From IMG/VR virus record IMGVR_UViG_3300047548_001236, positions 218,856 through 282,855 of that record: a stretch of 64,000 nt of DNA; one strand, 5' to 3'. The position numbers were made by a program, and so were the translations under genes. Below are positions 18,075 through 25,857 of this stretch, one piece after another. The notes beneath the pieces are model-generated. The model made no database searches. It was not told where the DNA came from and saw only the letters and a program-made list of their open reading frames with translations. Within the stretch, counting starts at the first letter, position 1. Each line of letters starts with the position of its first letter.

Positions 18075-18794
18075 ATGGATATTTATATTTCCAACAAGTA
18101 CACTCGCACATATTTCACTATCATCAATAAGTCCCTTTCAGAAAACAGGAAAAGGACGGATTCACGCATTTATGAGGAACATCACATTGTCCCTAAATCG
18201 TGTGGAGGCCCAAACGAAGATGCCAATCTCGTACTCCTTACCCCCAAAGAACACTACGTGTGTCATCGACTTCTCCCAAAGATGGTAACGTCTAAGACCC
18301 ATTATGAGAAAATGATATACGCCTTGTGGTCACTTGTCAACGGTAATGGCAGGTCTAAACGATACTCACCTAGCGGTAAGATATACCAGCAAATCAAAGA
18401 AGAACAAAGAACTGTACGATCTGAACGCATGAAAGGTGAGAGAAATCACTTCTATGGTAAAACTCACTCTGACGAACTGAAAGCCAAGATGAGTATAGAT
18501 AACCCCGCAAAAAGAGAAGACGTCAAGGTAAAACTTCGAGGCCCTAGACCAGGATTTATGCCTCATAATCACTACACTGGGTGGTCGGATGCTACCAAAG
18601 AGAAATTGAGGCAGGCTAACATAGGCAAGAAACTGTCAGATGAGACCCGACAAAAGATGAGCAGAACAAGATCAAACAAAGTGTGGGTTAAAAAGGAAGG
18701 TGAAAAGTCTCGACATATACAGTCTGAATACTTACCCACCTTCCTGGCTGATGGTTGGTGTCTGGGCAGACACCTTACACGACGTAAGCCATAG
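18075..18794 (+). mobile_element. Free-standing HNH homing endonuclease with NUMOD3-like C-terminal repeats
   Basis: YEEHHIVPKSCGGPNEDANLVLLTPKEHYVCHRLL; NHFYGKTHSDELKAKMS, WSDATKEKLRQA, LSDETRQKMS; opposite strand to all neighbours; AGGAG SD before ATG 18075. Confidence 0.88.
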
Positions 18795-18799
18795 TCAAA

Positions 18800-19039
18800 T
18801 CACTCGGAAGTCAAGTCTTCTGCGGGGATTTGGCTGAGAAGTTTGGTGGCGGCTTTCGTAGCGTCGTCGACCAGTGCTTGAGGAGAATACCCCAGCAGTT
18901 TAGCAACAATCAGTCCGGCGTAGACCGATGCGAGTAGATCATCCTCAGTGTTTTCACTGTTTTCCAGTCTGCCAAGCCAGTCTTCCATATGAACTGCAGC
19001 GCGGGCGCTGATCTTGGCGATTCGTTCTTGTTCATCCAT
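18800..19039 (-). CDS. Small hypothetical protein in the NAD cluster
   Basis: AAAGGA SD; tight packing after nadR. Confidence 0.6.
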   Translation of the reverse strand: MDEQERIAKISARAAVHMEDWLGRLENSENTEDDLLASVYAGLIVAKLLGYSPQALVDDATKAATKLLSQIPAEDLTSE

Positions 19040-19041
19040 TA

Positions 19042-20082
19042 TCAGTTCCTTTCATATTCTCTGATAGGTGTGGTGTAGTAGTCAAACATCTTGATCACAT
19101 CGTTAGCGACTTCACGACGCTGCTTGCGCAAGTCTGTGTTAGCTACGACGGTGTATTCACAATCGAACTCTTCAAGTAGATCGATCCAGAATTGAGTTTG
19201 GCTTTCACGCTTATCGCCACCGTAACGAAGAGGATCCTGCTCAAACGGAATCTGATCATTCATCACGATGTATAGATCGGACTTAGTTTTCTTAGCATAG
19301 TGGGTGACCAGGTCGATATCTTCATCCGTCCCACCACCCCAAAGACGGTAGTAGCCCAGCGTGCTAAACAAGTCCGTGTCTTGGAAGATGAATGCCTTGT
19401 CATACAAGTCGTTCTGAGCTGCCTGTTGTACAGCATACTGCCCGTGAATGATTGCACGCATCTTTTCATCAGTGATTTCGGGACCAACCGTTTTGAGATA
19501 TTCACGAGCCCATTCGGGAACGAAGTGCCCATAAAGCTCCTCTGCCAACCACTTGGTCATAGTAGTCTTACCGCAGCTTTCAGCTCCAAACACTGTTACC
19601 GTCTTGCGAATGTGCTTTTGGAACTCCGGAAGGATGAAGTCAAAGTTTCCGATAAGATCTTGACGTACTTCCGTTCCTCTGATCGGAACGGTCTCGCGGT
19701 AGCGATTGCACGGCATAAACTTGCACCCGAGCACGTTGGCCATATCGATTCCGTACAGCTCGCTTGCGACAAAATAGTCGTCTGGTTTGACGTCTACAAA
19801 CTCTTCCACGATATCACGCCACACTTTCCAGAAGTTTGGATGCTCGCTGGGTTGTTGAGGGACGTCACGATGAAGGTGGTGGATCTTCACACGAGAATCG
19901 GCATTATATGCCGCTCTGAAAGCGTCAACTCTATCTTTACCGTTGACGGGCTCTCTTTCCATCGAGCCAACAATCACATGAACCGTACCACGCCACGTCA
20001 CCAACGACCGTGCAAAATCGATTAGATACTTGTGCCCGAGAGTGGGCACAAGTGCTGTCATAAGAATGATTGCGTTAGGCAT
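19042..20082 (-). CDS. nadR: NadR-like protein (NMN adenylyltransferase-like domain plus ribosylnicotinamide kinase), no HTH
   Basis: TALVPTLGH, VPIRGTEVR, Walker A GAESCGKTT, VPEWAREY, DTDLFST, PFEQDPLRYG; GGAGG SD before ATG 20082. Confidence 0.88.
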   Translation of the reverse strand: MPNAIILMTALVPTLGHKYLIDFARSLVTWRGTVHVIVGSMEREPVNGKDRVDAFRAAYNADSRVKIHHLHRDVPQQPSEHPNFWKVWRDIVEEFVDVKPDDYFVASELYGIDMANVLGCKFMPCNRYRETVPIRGTEVRQDLIGNFDFILPEFQKHIRKTVTVFGAESCGKTTMTKWLAEELYGHFVPEWAREYLKTVGPEITDEKMRAIIHGQYAVQQAAQNDLYDKAFIFQDTDLFSTLGYYRLWGGGTDEDIDLVTHYAKKTKSDLYIVMNDQIPFEQDPLRYGGDKRESQTQFWIDLLEEFDCEYTVVANTDLRKQRREVANDVIKMFDYYTTPIREYERN

Positions 20083-20092
20083 TTTTGCCTCC

Positions 20093-20287
20093 TCAGAGTT
20101 TCTGACGAACAAATCCAGTCGGTTGGGTCAGCATTTCGACAGCTTCGAGAACAAAGAATTGAATCCCTGGATTTGCCTTGGCAAGCCTTTCAGCTTCCCG
20201 AACTGCATCTTGACGATTAGCGTGCCGTACTTTTGGAGAATTACCGTCACCGGTAATCATCCAGAACTTTTTCGAGCTGTTTTCCAT
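20093..20287 (-). CDS. Small hypothetical protein (alternative upstream start near 20368)
   Basis: FWMI...PKVRHAN..DAVREAERLAKANPG..FFVLEA; AAAGGA SD. Confidence 0.6.
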   Translation of the reverse strand: MENSSKKFWMITGDGNSPKVRHANRQDAVREAERLAKANPGIQFFVLEAVEMLTQPTGFVRQKL

Positions 20288-20367
20288 TTCATTTCCTTTC
20301 AAAACATCATCATATCCGATCCACCAGGATCTTGGTTTGCACGTATACCAGTTTGAATCGTTTTCCA

Positions 20368-21078
20368 TCACAACCATCTCCGATTTGCATAATAATCATT
20401 TAGCCGTTCTTCCTCAGTGGAAGTGTCTTTTGTCATAGAACGCTTCCACTGAACATGACCGATAACGGTGTTTGCAAGGAAGAAGATATACTGGAAGGCA
20501 ACCAGAGTCAACCCACTATAGATGAAGAATGGAATTGAAACAATGTCAATACCTGCCCAAAGAGTCCAGTTTTCAAGCTTCTTGTTATCCAGCATCAACT
20601 GAGCAACGCCGCTAGCGACAGCAAGACCTACGTCGATTGGGTTCAGACCGGCAAGGCCAGCAGGGTTGAACAACATATTTGCAACAAGGAATAGACCGAG
20701 AATTGCAAGACCGACAGCACCGTATCCTGCATACCATTTCAGAGGAATGCGAGTGACGGGCCGAGTGTTGTCGTCGCTCCCCCAACGGAACCAACCGTAG
20801 ATCAGCGAGAACACTAGGTAGAGGTTGAACACCGCAAGTGCCAACATACCCCATTGGTAAAAGAGAACGGAATAAGCAGCGGTTGTTACAATACCGATTG
20901 GATAGTTCCATCGGGACTGGCGAGTGCACAACCAGGTGCAACTATATGAAGTGAAAACCGCAAACACTTCCAGCCAGTTGAGAGCCACGATCCATCCCAT
21001 CCAGAGACCGACACCGTAGCTGAGAGCAGTAAGCACCACTGCAAGGGCGATAGATTCAAGAATATACTTGGTAGTCAT
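20368..21078 (-). CDS. pnuC: Nicotinamide riboside transporter PnuC
   Basis: Multiple TM segments; LCTRQSRWNYPIG, YGWFRW, AQLMLDNKKLENWTLW..IDIVSI; next to nadR. Confidence 0.9.
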   Translation of the reverse strand: MTTKYILESIALAVVLTALSYGVGLWMGWIVALNWLEVFAVFTSYSCTWLCTRQSRWNYPIGIVTTAAYSVLFYQWGMLALAVFNLYLVFSLIYGWFRWGSDDNTRPVTRIPLKWYAGYGAVGLAILGLFLVANMLFNPAGLAGLNPIDVGLAVASGVAQLMLDNKKLENWTLWAGIDIVSIPFFIYSGLTLVAFQYIFFLANTVIGHVQWKRSMTKDTSTEEERLNDYYANRRWL

Positions 21079-21080
21079 CT

Positions 21081-21126
21081 GCAAAAACTCCTTTTGCTAT
21101 GAAACGTAGACCTCTCTGGTCCACGT
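21081..21126 (-). promoter_or_regulatory. Tandem hairpin leader element (AGAGA loop plus GGAGU SD loop) of pnuC
   Basis: mRNA ACGUGGACC-AGAGA-GGUCUACGU UUCAUA GCAAAA-GGAGU-UUUUGC AG AUG. Confidence 0.8.
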
Positions 21127-21138
21127 GCTTGTTTTGTA

Positions 21139-21330
21139 TCACCAGATAGGATCTGGTGCACCATCAATTATCACTTCTGTGATGAAGTATGCTCGGAACA
21201 GCCGCAGTTTCGTTTGTTCGAACATAGCCTCTGCTTCAACGGCTTTGTCGTGAGACGAGTATACACCCAACACGTAGGAACCATCATATCCCATGTCTCC
21301 ACGAAGGACAAATACTTTATCACCGCTCAT
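21139..21330 (-). CDS. Small hypothetical protein
   Basis: ATGA overlap; VLGVYSSHDKA pattern common in small phage proteins. Confidence 0.55.
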   Translation of the reverse strand: MSGDKVFVLRGDMGYDGSYVLGVYSSHDKAVEAEAMFEQTKLRLFRAYFITEVIIDGAPDPIW

Positions 21331-21479
21331 TGCACATATTCCCATTTCTCTTCTTCGATATACATACCCTTCATCTCAGGATACATATTCTCGTAAAAGT
21401 CTTTCCATTGTTCCGCGTCACCCAGCAAAGCAAATGCGGCTACCGGACCTAGCGTGGGACATTTGACAGTGTAACGCAT
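21327..21479 (-). CDS. Small hypothetical protein, 50 aa (not in ORF track)
   Basis: MRYTVKCPTLGPVAAFALLGDAEQWKDFYENMYPEMKGMYIEEEKWEYVQ; TGATG coupling. Confidence 0.5.
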   Translation of the reverse strand: MRYTVKCPTLGPVAAFALLGDAEQWKDFYENMYPEMKGMYIEEEKWEYVQ

Positions 21480-21691
21480 CAGAAAAACTTCTCCTCAAGA
21501 GTCGTCATCCAATATTCGAAGTCACCCCAGCCCATCTGTTTGGGGGTAACCAGACCCAATCGATCAGTAACCTTGTATTTGATCTTCTTGTACTCCAGCA
21601 TAGATGCCATGCAGAATACTGTATGAGTCTCGTCGGCAACGACAGTACAAGTCTTACCCCATTCGGGTTCATACCAAGTGATCATTCGCAT
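21479..21691 (-). CDS. Small hypothetical protein
   Basis: AGGTGA SD before ATG 21691. Confidence 0.55.
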   Translation of the reverse strand: MRMITWYEPEWGKTCTVVADETHTVFCMASMLEYKKIKYKVTDRLGLVTPKQMGWGDFEYWMTTLEEKFF

Positions 21692-21699
21692 TTGTTCAC

Positions 21700-21888
21700 C
21701 TATTTGTTGAATACAAATAATGGATAACCCTTTTGACGGCACTCGTCAACGGCTTCTTCATATGTGATAGCATTTAATTTGGTTTTTTCGTTCAAACGAA
21801 CAGTACACCATCCCGTTGTGTGTGGATTGACGTGACTCTTACAGTACACCCACACTCCTGAACCAAAGAAGCGTTCATCGTCTGTCAT
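21700..21888 (-). CDS. Small hypothetical protein
   Basis: ATGA overlap with the upstream stop; YC..H..PH.TGWC motif. Confidence 0.55.
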   Translation of the reverse strand: MTDDERFFGSGVWVYCKSHVNPHTTGWCTVRLNEKTKLNAITYEEAVDECRQKGYPLFVFNK

Positions 21889-22265
21889 TGCTTGATAAAT
21901 CCCCAAGCAATGCAGCCACCTCGAACATCTTTATCGCACGCTGCTAAAGTATCGTGATTGTCCATGATCGATGTAACGGTTTCACTACCGTCCATAAACC
22001 CGACCAACCAAAGTGGGATCAGAATTAGATTGCCGTCCCAATTTCCAAAACCAAACTCGTATAGGGTTTCACGATCCAGTTGTTTCAGCTCATTCTGTGT
22101 AATCGTTGGGATCTCTTCATATCCAAAATCCTTGGCGCGGGAGAGACCTCGAGCGAGTTCTTGGAACGCAAACTCCACACTCCATGAGTTGTGATATTCA
22201 TTGACCGACGATGCAGCATTCAGCACACGACGACGAGCTCTTTTCAGTTTTTCAATCGTATTCAT
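21885..22265 (-). CDS. Hypothetical protein
   Basis: GGAG SD; tight packing. Confidence 0.6.
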   Translation of the reverse strand: MNTIEKLKRARRRVLNAASSVNEYHNSWSVEFAFQELARGLSRAKDFGYEEIPTITQNELKQLDRETLYEFGFGNWDGNLILIPLWLVGFMDGSETVTSIMDNHDTLAACDKDVRGGCIAWGFIKQ

Positions 22266-22279
22266 TTAGCTTTCTCCTG

Positions 22280-22549
22280 TCATCCAAAAGGTTGGTTATC
22301 ACCACGAGTGATGGCAAGAATCTGTCGATACTTCTCTGCTTGGTCTTTTTCAATTTGAGTTGGAGAAGCGTGCACTTCATGTTCATACGATTCACTATCA
22401 GCAATCCTACCGATCGCGAAAGCATAGTTTTTAGCAGCCATCTCTTTCATGATAGCGAGTCTCTCCGCCAGACTGGGGTTATTCTCATATCGAATAAGAA
22501 TACTTTGAAGGTCGAGCAGAATTTGGACATCTCTTTTCGTCAGCATCAC
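22280..22549 (-). CDS. Hypothetical protein
   Basis: GGAG SD; GTGA overlap. Confidence 0.55.
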   Translation of the reverse strand: MMLTKRDVQILLDLQSILIRYENNPSLAERLAIMKEMAAKNYAFAIGRIADSESYEHEVHASPTQIEKDQAEKYRQILAITRGDNQPFG

Positions 22550-22758
22550 GCGTTCTCCCGCATCCGAAGGTATTCGTTGATGTCGTCCTGGATTTCATTC
22601 AGAGTCACGAGCCCCGCCTGCCAATCGGCATAGATCCGTTGATACACTTTGTTCTGATCAACGGGGATCTTCCCATATTGTGCATTGACGTGTTGAACAT
22701 GGAGAAACACCAATTGGCGAATCTTCCGCTGAACGAGTTGTGTGGGTTCGGTCATCAC
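22546..22758 (-). CDS. Small hypothetical protein
   Basis: AAGGA SD; GTGA overlap. Confidence 0.55.
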   Translation of the reverse strand: MMTEPTQLVQRKIRQLVFLHVQHVNAQYGKIPVDQNKVYQRIYADWQAGLVTLNEIQDDINEYLRMRENA

Positions 22759-22913
22759 ATGGTTTCCTTCAAGCGCTTGTTGATGATTTGATTGATCCTA
22801 TCGGTGATCAATTTTTTTGCCCACTCGGGTGCGGGATCGGAGGGGACAAGAGTCAGAGCCTTCCGCAACTGAGCATTTGTCAGGGCATTCAGACGAGCCA
22901 GTTCTTTTTCCAT
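22755..22913 (-). CDS. Small hypothetical protein, 52 aa
   Basis: GAGGAG SD before ATG 22913 (MEKELARL...). Confidence 0.5.
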   Translation of the reverse strand: MEKELARLNALTNAQLRKALTLVPSDPAPEWAKKLITDRINQIINKRLKETM

Positions 22914-22917
22914 TTGA

Positions 22918-23250
22918 TCACTCCTCGTCTTCATCATCTTCATCCTTCCAGCGATTCTTCCACAGCCATTCGTGGCTGCCTGGCTTACGTCCCATGGCGC
23001 GACCATCCACCCACTCTCCCACGGTACGAGCCGTAAACGAAAGGGTACCCGTGTTGGCATACACCTCAACACTATCCTCCATGGTGATCTTGCCCTCGCT
23101 CAGGAGCTTGGTCAGCAGAGCCAGGATGGGCGAACGGTACGACACAGCCGTCACTCCCAGAGCCGTAGCTGCCGGCTTCATGGTGTACTCACTCTTACCC
23201 CGAGTCTTCTTGACCGAGCCGGTATCGATGCGGATCACGTTGTTGGTCAT
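22918..23250 (-). CDS. Early hypothetical protein with acidic tail
   Basis: First gene after an early promoter; AAGGAG SD. Confidence 0.65.
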   Translation of the reverse strand: MTNNVIRIDTGSVKKTRGKSEYTMKPAATALGVTAVSYRSPILALLTKLLSEGKITMEDSVEVYANTGTLSFTARTVGEWVDGRAMGRKPGSHEWLWKNRWKDEDDEDEE

Positions 23251-23275
23251 CTTTTATCTCCTTGCTTATGAATAC

Positions 23276-23304
23276 AATATAGGCCAAACCTCGATCCGGG
23301 GCAA
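23276..23304 (-). promoter_or_regulatory. Sigma70-type early promoter TTGCCC-N17-TATATT
   Basis: 17-nt spacer; CC directly before the -10 as in sister promoters. Confidence 0.65.
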
Positions 23305-23319
23305 GAGCTGTTTTCAAAA

Positions 23320-24096
23320 TTATAGAATGAAATTGACTCTTTGCTCGATGGGCAGATCACCAAAGAATCCCACATCGACAGTCATAATTTGACGTCGAGT
23401 AACAAGCAGATCAGTGGGCCATTTGTTTTCGGGAATGTTCTGCAGTTCTTCACTAGTCAAATAGGATTCCACCTTGACTGGCTTGACATAGGCCCCATAC
23501 TTCCATTGATTGGGGATCTTGTCCCACCATACGTCATATTCATTCTCAAGAATGGTGGTCATACTTTCTCCATTCAGGCCATGCATTAGCTTGGCTCCTG
23601 CTGTCCAACGAAACAAAGAAGAAATGCTGTTTTTACGTGCGTCCTGGGCTCGCCATAGCAACACATTTGAGGCTTCGATGTCAGAAGGAATTTCCCAGGT
23701 TCTACAATCAAAATAGGCCAGTCTATCGACAGGAATGTGGCCCATAGTCTGGATCAGCACGTTGAAGTGTGCAGTTGCCATGGAAGCAAACACTGAGTTG
23801 ATCTTGGATACTTTACCATTAAAGATCCGCTCGCCTTCAACGGGAGGGTATAGTAGGGTGATTTCGTCCGACTGTGTATAACCTACAGAGGCATGAGTCT
23901 CTTCAACCAGACGCTTGGTTGTGGTCACCATAGCGTTGGTAATTCCGTGATCGAAGGGTTTCTTGAAGCCCTTCGTGAATTTGCTAAAGCCCTTGCCATC
24001 AATTCGCACAGCCATCCACTTGTTGGGATCGATCTTGGCAGACGTGTAGGCCTGCTCATACTTCTTCATTCGATCACCAAATTCATCATTTTTCAT
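23320..24096 (-). CDS. thg1: tRNA(His) guanylyltransferase / Thg1-like protein
   Basis: MKKYE, VRIDGKGFSKFT..FKKPFD, YTQSDEIT, FNGKVSKINS, FDCR, WRAQDARKNSIS. Confidence 0.92.
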   Translation of the reverse strand: MKNDEFGDRMKKYEQAYTSAKIDPNKWMAVRIDGKGFSKFTKGFKKPFDHGITNAMVTTTKRLVEETHASVGYTQSDEITLLYPPVEGERIFNGKVSKINSVFASMATAHFNVLIQTMGHIPVDRLAYFDCRTWEIPSDIEASNVLLWRAQDARKNSISSLFRWTAGAKLMHGLNGESMTTILENEYDVWWDKIPNQWKYGAYVKPVKVESYLTSEELQNIPENKWPTDLLVTRRQIMTVDVGFFGDLPIEQRVNFIL

Positions 24097-24311
24097 CTTG
24101 AAATTTCCTGTTTGATCGATTCCATCGAATCAGGTTGTGTTAGAGCTTCTTCTAAAAATTCGGACACAAACGAGACGATCGCTGGACTACCTCGTTTGTG
24201 GAAGGATAGTGTATCTGAGGCGAGATTGAACCTGGAAATATCCGCAACAGCAAATCCAAGTTCTGTGTATTTGTCTTTCAGTTGTTTGAGATTTTCCTCT
24301 ATTGTTATCAT
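24093..24311 (-). CDS. Small hypothetical protein
   Basis: ATGA overlaps at both ends. Confidence 0.5.
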   Translation of the reverse strand: MITIEENLKQLKDKYTELGFAVADISRFNLASDTLSFHKRGSPAIVSFVSEFLEEALTQPDSMESIKQEISR

Positions 24312-24574
24312 TGAGCCTGGTCCTGTTGCTTGAGGTTTTCAATGTAAATCACCCGATCTGTGATTGTGCCTGCGCAGAACTCGCGAGTGACGTAGTGGAC
24401 CATTTCATCACGATTGAATGCATATTCAGCACCACAAGATTGAATCATGGCCATATTCTCATCGTGAGTCTGAGATCCCGAAAGGTAGAACAACGTGGCA
24501 ATCCCCAAGATTACCACGACAATGGCAATAGCAACGCCGATCCCAAATACAGCTTCCCAACCCTTCTCACTCAT
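24308..24574 (-). CDS. Small single-TM membrane protein
   Basis: MSEKGWEAVFGIGVAIAIVVVILGIATLFY; ATGA overlap with the HD gene. Confidence 0.55.
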   Translation of the reverse strand: MSEKGWEAVFGIGVAIAIVVVILGIATLFYLSGSQTHDENMAMIQSCGAEYAFNRDEMVHYVTREFCAGTITDRVIYIENLKQQDQAQ

Positions 24575-25194
24575 TGGCCTTCTCCCTTCACTAGATTTGC
24601 GAGCGCGATTGATAAGTCGATCCCATTCAGCACGCTCTCGTAGAACTCTTTGTGCTTCGGATCTCGACTGACGTTCGTAAGCACGCGCTCTCGCAACCCT
24701 TGCATAAACACTGCACTTTGGCTTGCGAATGCTTTTGGATCGATAGAGTAAAGATTGCATGATTCTTCCATGATGTTGGCAAAATTACGAATGGTTGATG
24801 AAGTATCTGTCAGACCATGTAGATCTGCCCTGATGATGGCAGAAAGATCAGGCGACGTAACAAGATGATCAACAGTACCATAGATCATCTCGGACCCACG
24901 TGCAAGAACATAATCATTGATCTTGTATTTGGGGATGTTCCCATTGAACGTCAGCATGATGGCAGAACGCTTTTCCTTCTCTGGGAGTTTGTCATACACA
25001 ATATCATGAAATAACACAGCCCAGTCAAGAGCCTCATCATAGGGCTCATTGGTTTTCTCCAGATAGGCATACATTGATTGAACATGATCGTAGTTGTGAT
25101 ACGTCAACCCCAAATCCTTGGTGTAGTGTTGGATAGCTCCAACAGCATCTTTTGCAAGATCGAGGTCTGTGATACGAGACCAATTATTCATCAT
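24571..25194 (-). CDS. HD-superfamily metal-dependent phosphohydrolase
   Basis: YHNYDH, AVLFHDIVYD, IIRADL; start adjusted to MMNNWSR next to the upstream stop. Confidence 0.75.
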   Translation of the reverse strand: MMNNWSRITDLDLAKDAVGAIQHYTKDLGLTYHNYDHVQSMYAYLEKTNEPYDEALDWAVLFHDIVYDKLPEKEKRSAIMLTFNGNIPKYKINDYVLARGSEMIYGTVDHLVTSPDLSAIIRADLHGLTDTSSTIRNFANIMEESCNLYSIDPKAFASQSAVFMQGLRERVLTNVSRDPKHKEFYESVLNGIDLSIALANLVKGEGQ

Positions 25195-25843
25195 CTTCAT
25201 CCTCTTCGTCGCCGATGAACACAATACGAGCAGCGACGATCTCTCCTTTGTCATTGCGACCCACGTAGCAATTGTACCCACCATCACCATAGCCCGAATG
25301 AGTAGCAACGCCAAACCCTACGTTGGCGATACCAAGATAGTTTGGCTCAGAGCGAACACGTGTAGCAGTCCTCATGGAGTCGATGATATCACGGACTCGC
25401 TCGTTGGAAAGTTCTTTTGATTCTGTGTAAATCTTTTCCAATCTCTCAATCATATCTTCGGTATAAAGGGGTTCTTCCCAAATCCTTTCATCACCGGCGG
25501 TCCCGGAGCAGACCTTTCCGTAGAACGTATCCAAATTCATGTATTCGCCAGTCTCGCCTTCGGGATACTGGGTTTCATCAAAGAATCCGGCCTGGCCACT
25601 ATCAACACCAACATGAATTTCTGTCAGTTCGTGCGCATCGACATTACCGATAAAGTCACCATGCCAAATGCACAGTTCAGCAATCCGATCACCCCAACCA
25701 GTTTGTTCATGAGACGCGACAACCTTCTCAGCAATCCATGCACCAGGAAGAACATTTTCAAGAACACCGGCACACCACGTTCCCTTGGTGTAACAGGGAT
25801 CGGTGACACGGAGTTGGTTAGAAGTCAAGTGAAAAACGGTCAT
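25184..25843 (-). CDS. Hypothetical protein with VTDPCY, GVDSGQAG and SGYGDGGY motifs
   Basis: Motifs recalled from a widespread uncharacterised family (DUF4241-like); AAGGA SD. Confidence 0.6.
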   Translation of the reverse strand: MTVFHLTSNQLRVTDPCYTKGTWCAGVLENVLPGAWIAEKVVASHEQTGWGDRIAELCIWHGDFIGNVDAHELTEIHVGVDSGQAGFFDETQYPEGETGEYMNLDTFYGKVCSGTAGDERIWEEPLYTEDMIERLEKIYTESKELSNERVRDIIDSMRTATRVRSEPNYLGIANVGFGVATHSGYGDGGYNCYVGRNDKGEIVAARIVFIGDEEDEDDE

Positions 25844-25857
25844 AATATATCCTTATG

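Noticed and set aside
13648-20025. Long plus-strand ORFs opposite dda, nadV, nadM and nadR (13648-14235, 15170-15811, 16400-17098, 19300-20025)
   Set aside because: Antisense shadows of well-supported genes; no recognisable domains or translation signals.
20073-20106. Fourth copy of the NAD tandem-hairpin element before nadR
   Set aside because: Hairpins exist (UCAGA-AAC-UCUGA and AGGCA-AAAA-UGCCU over the AUG), but the loops are not AGAGA/GGAGU and the SD (GGAGG) is not in a pentaloop.
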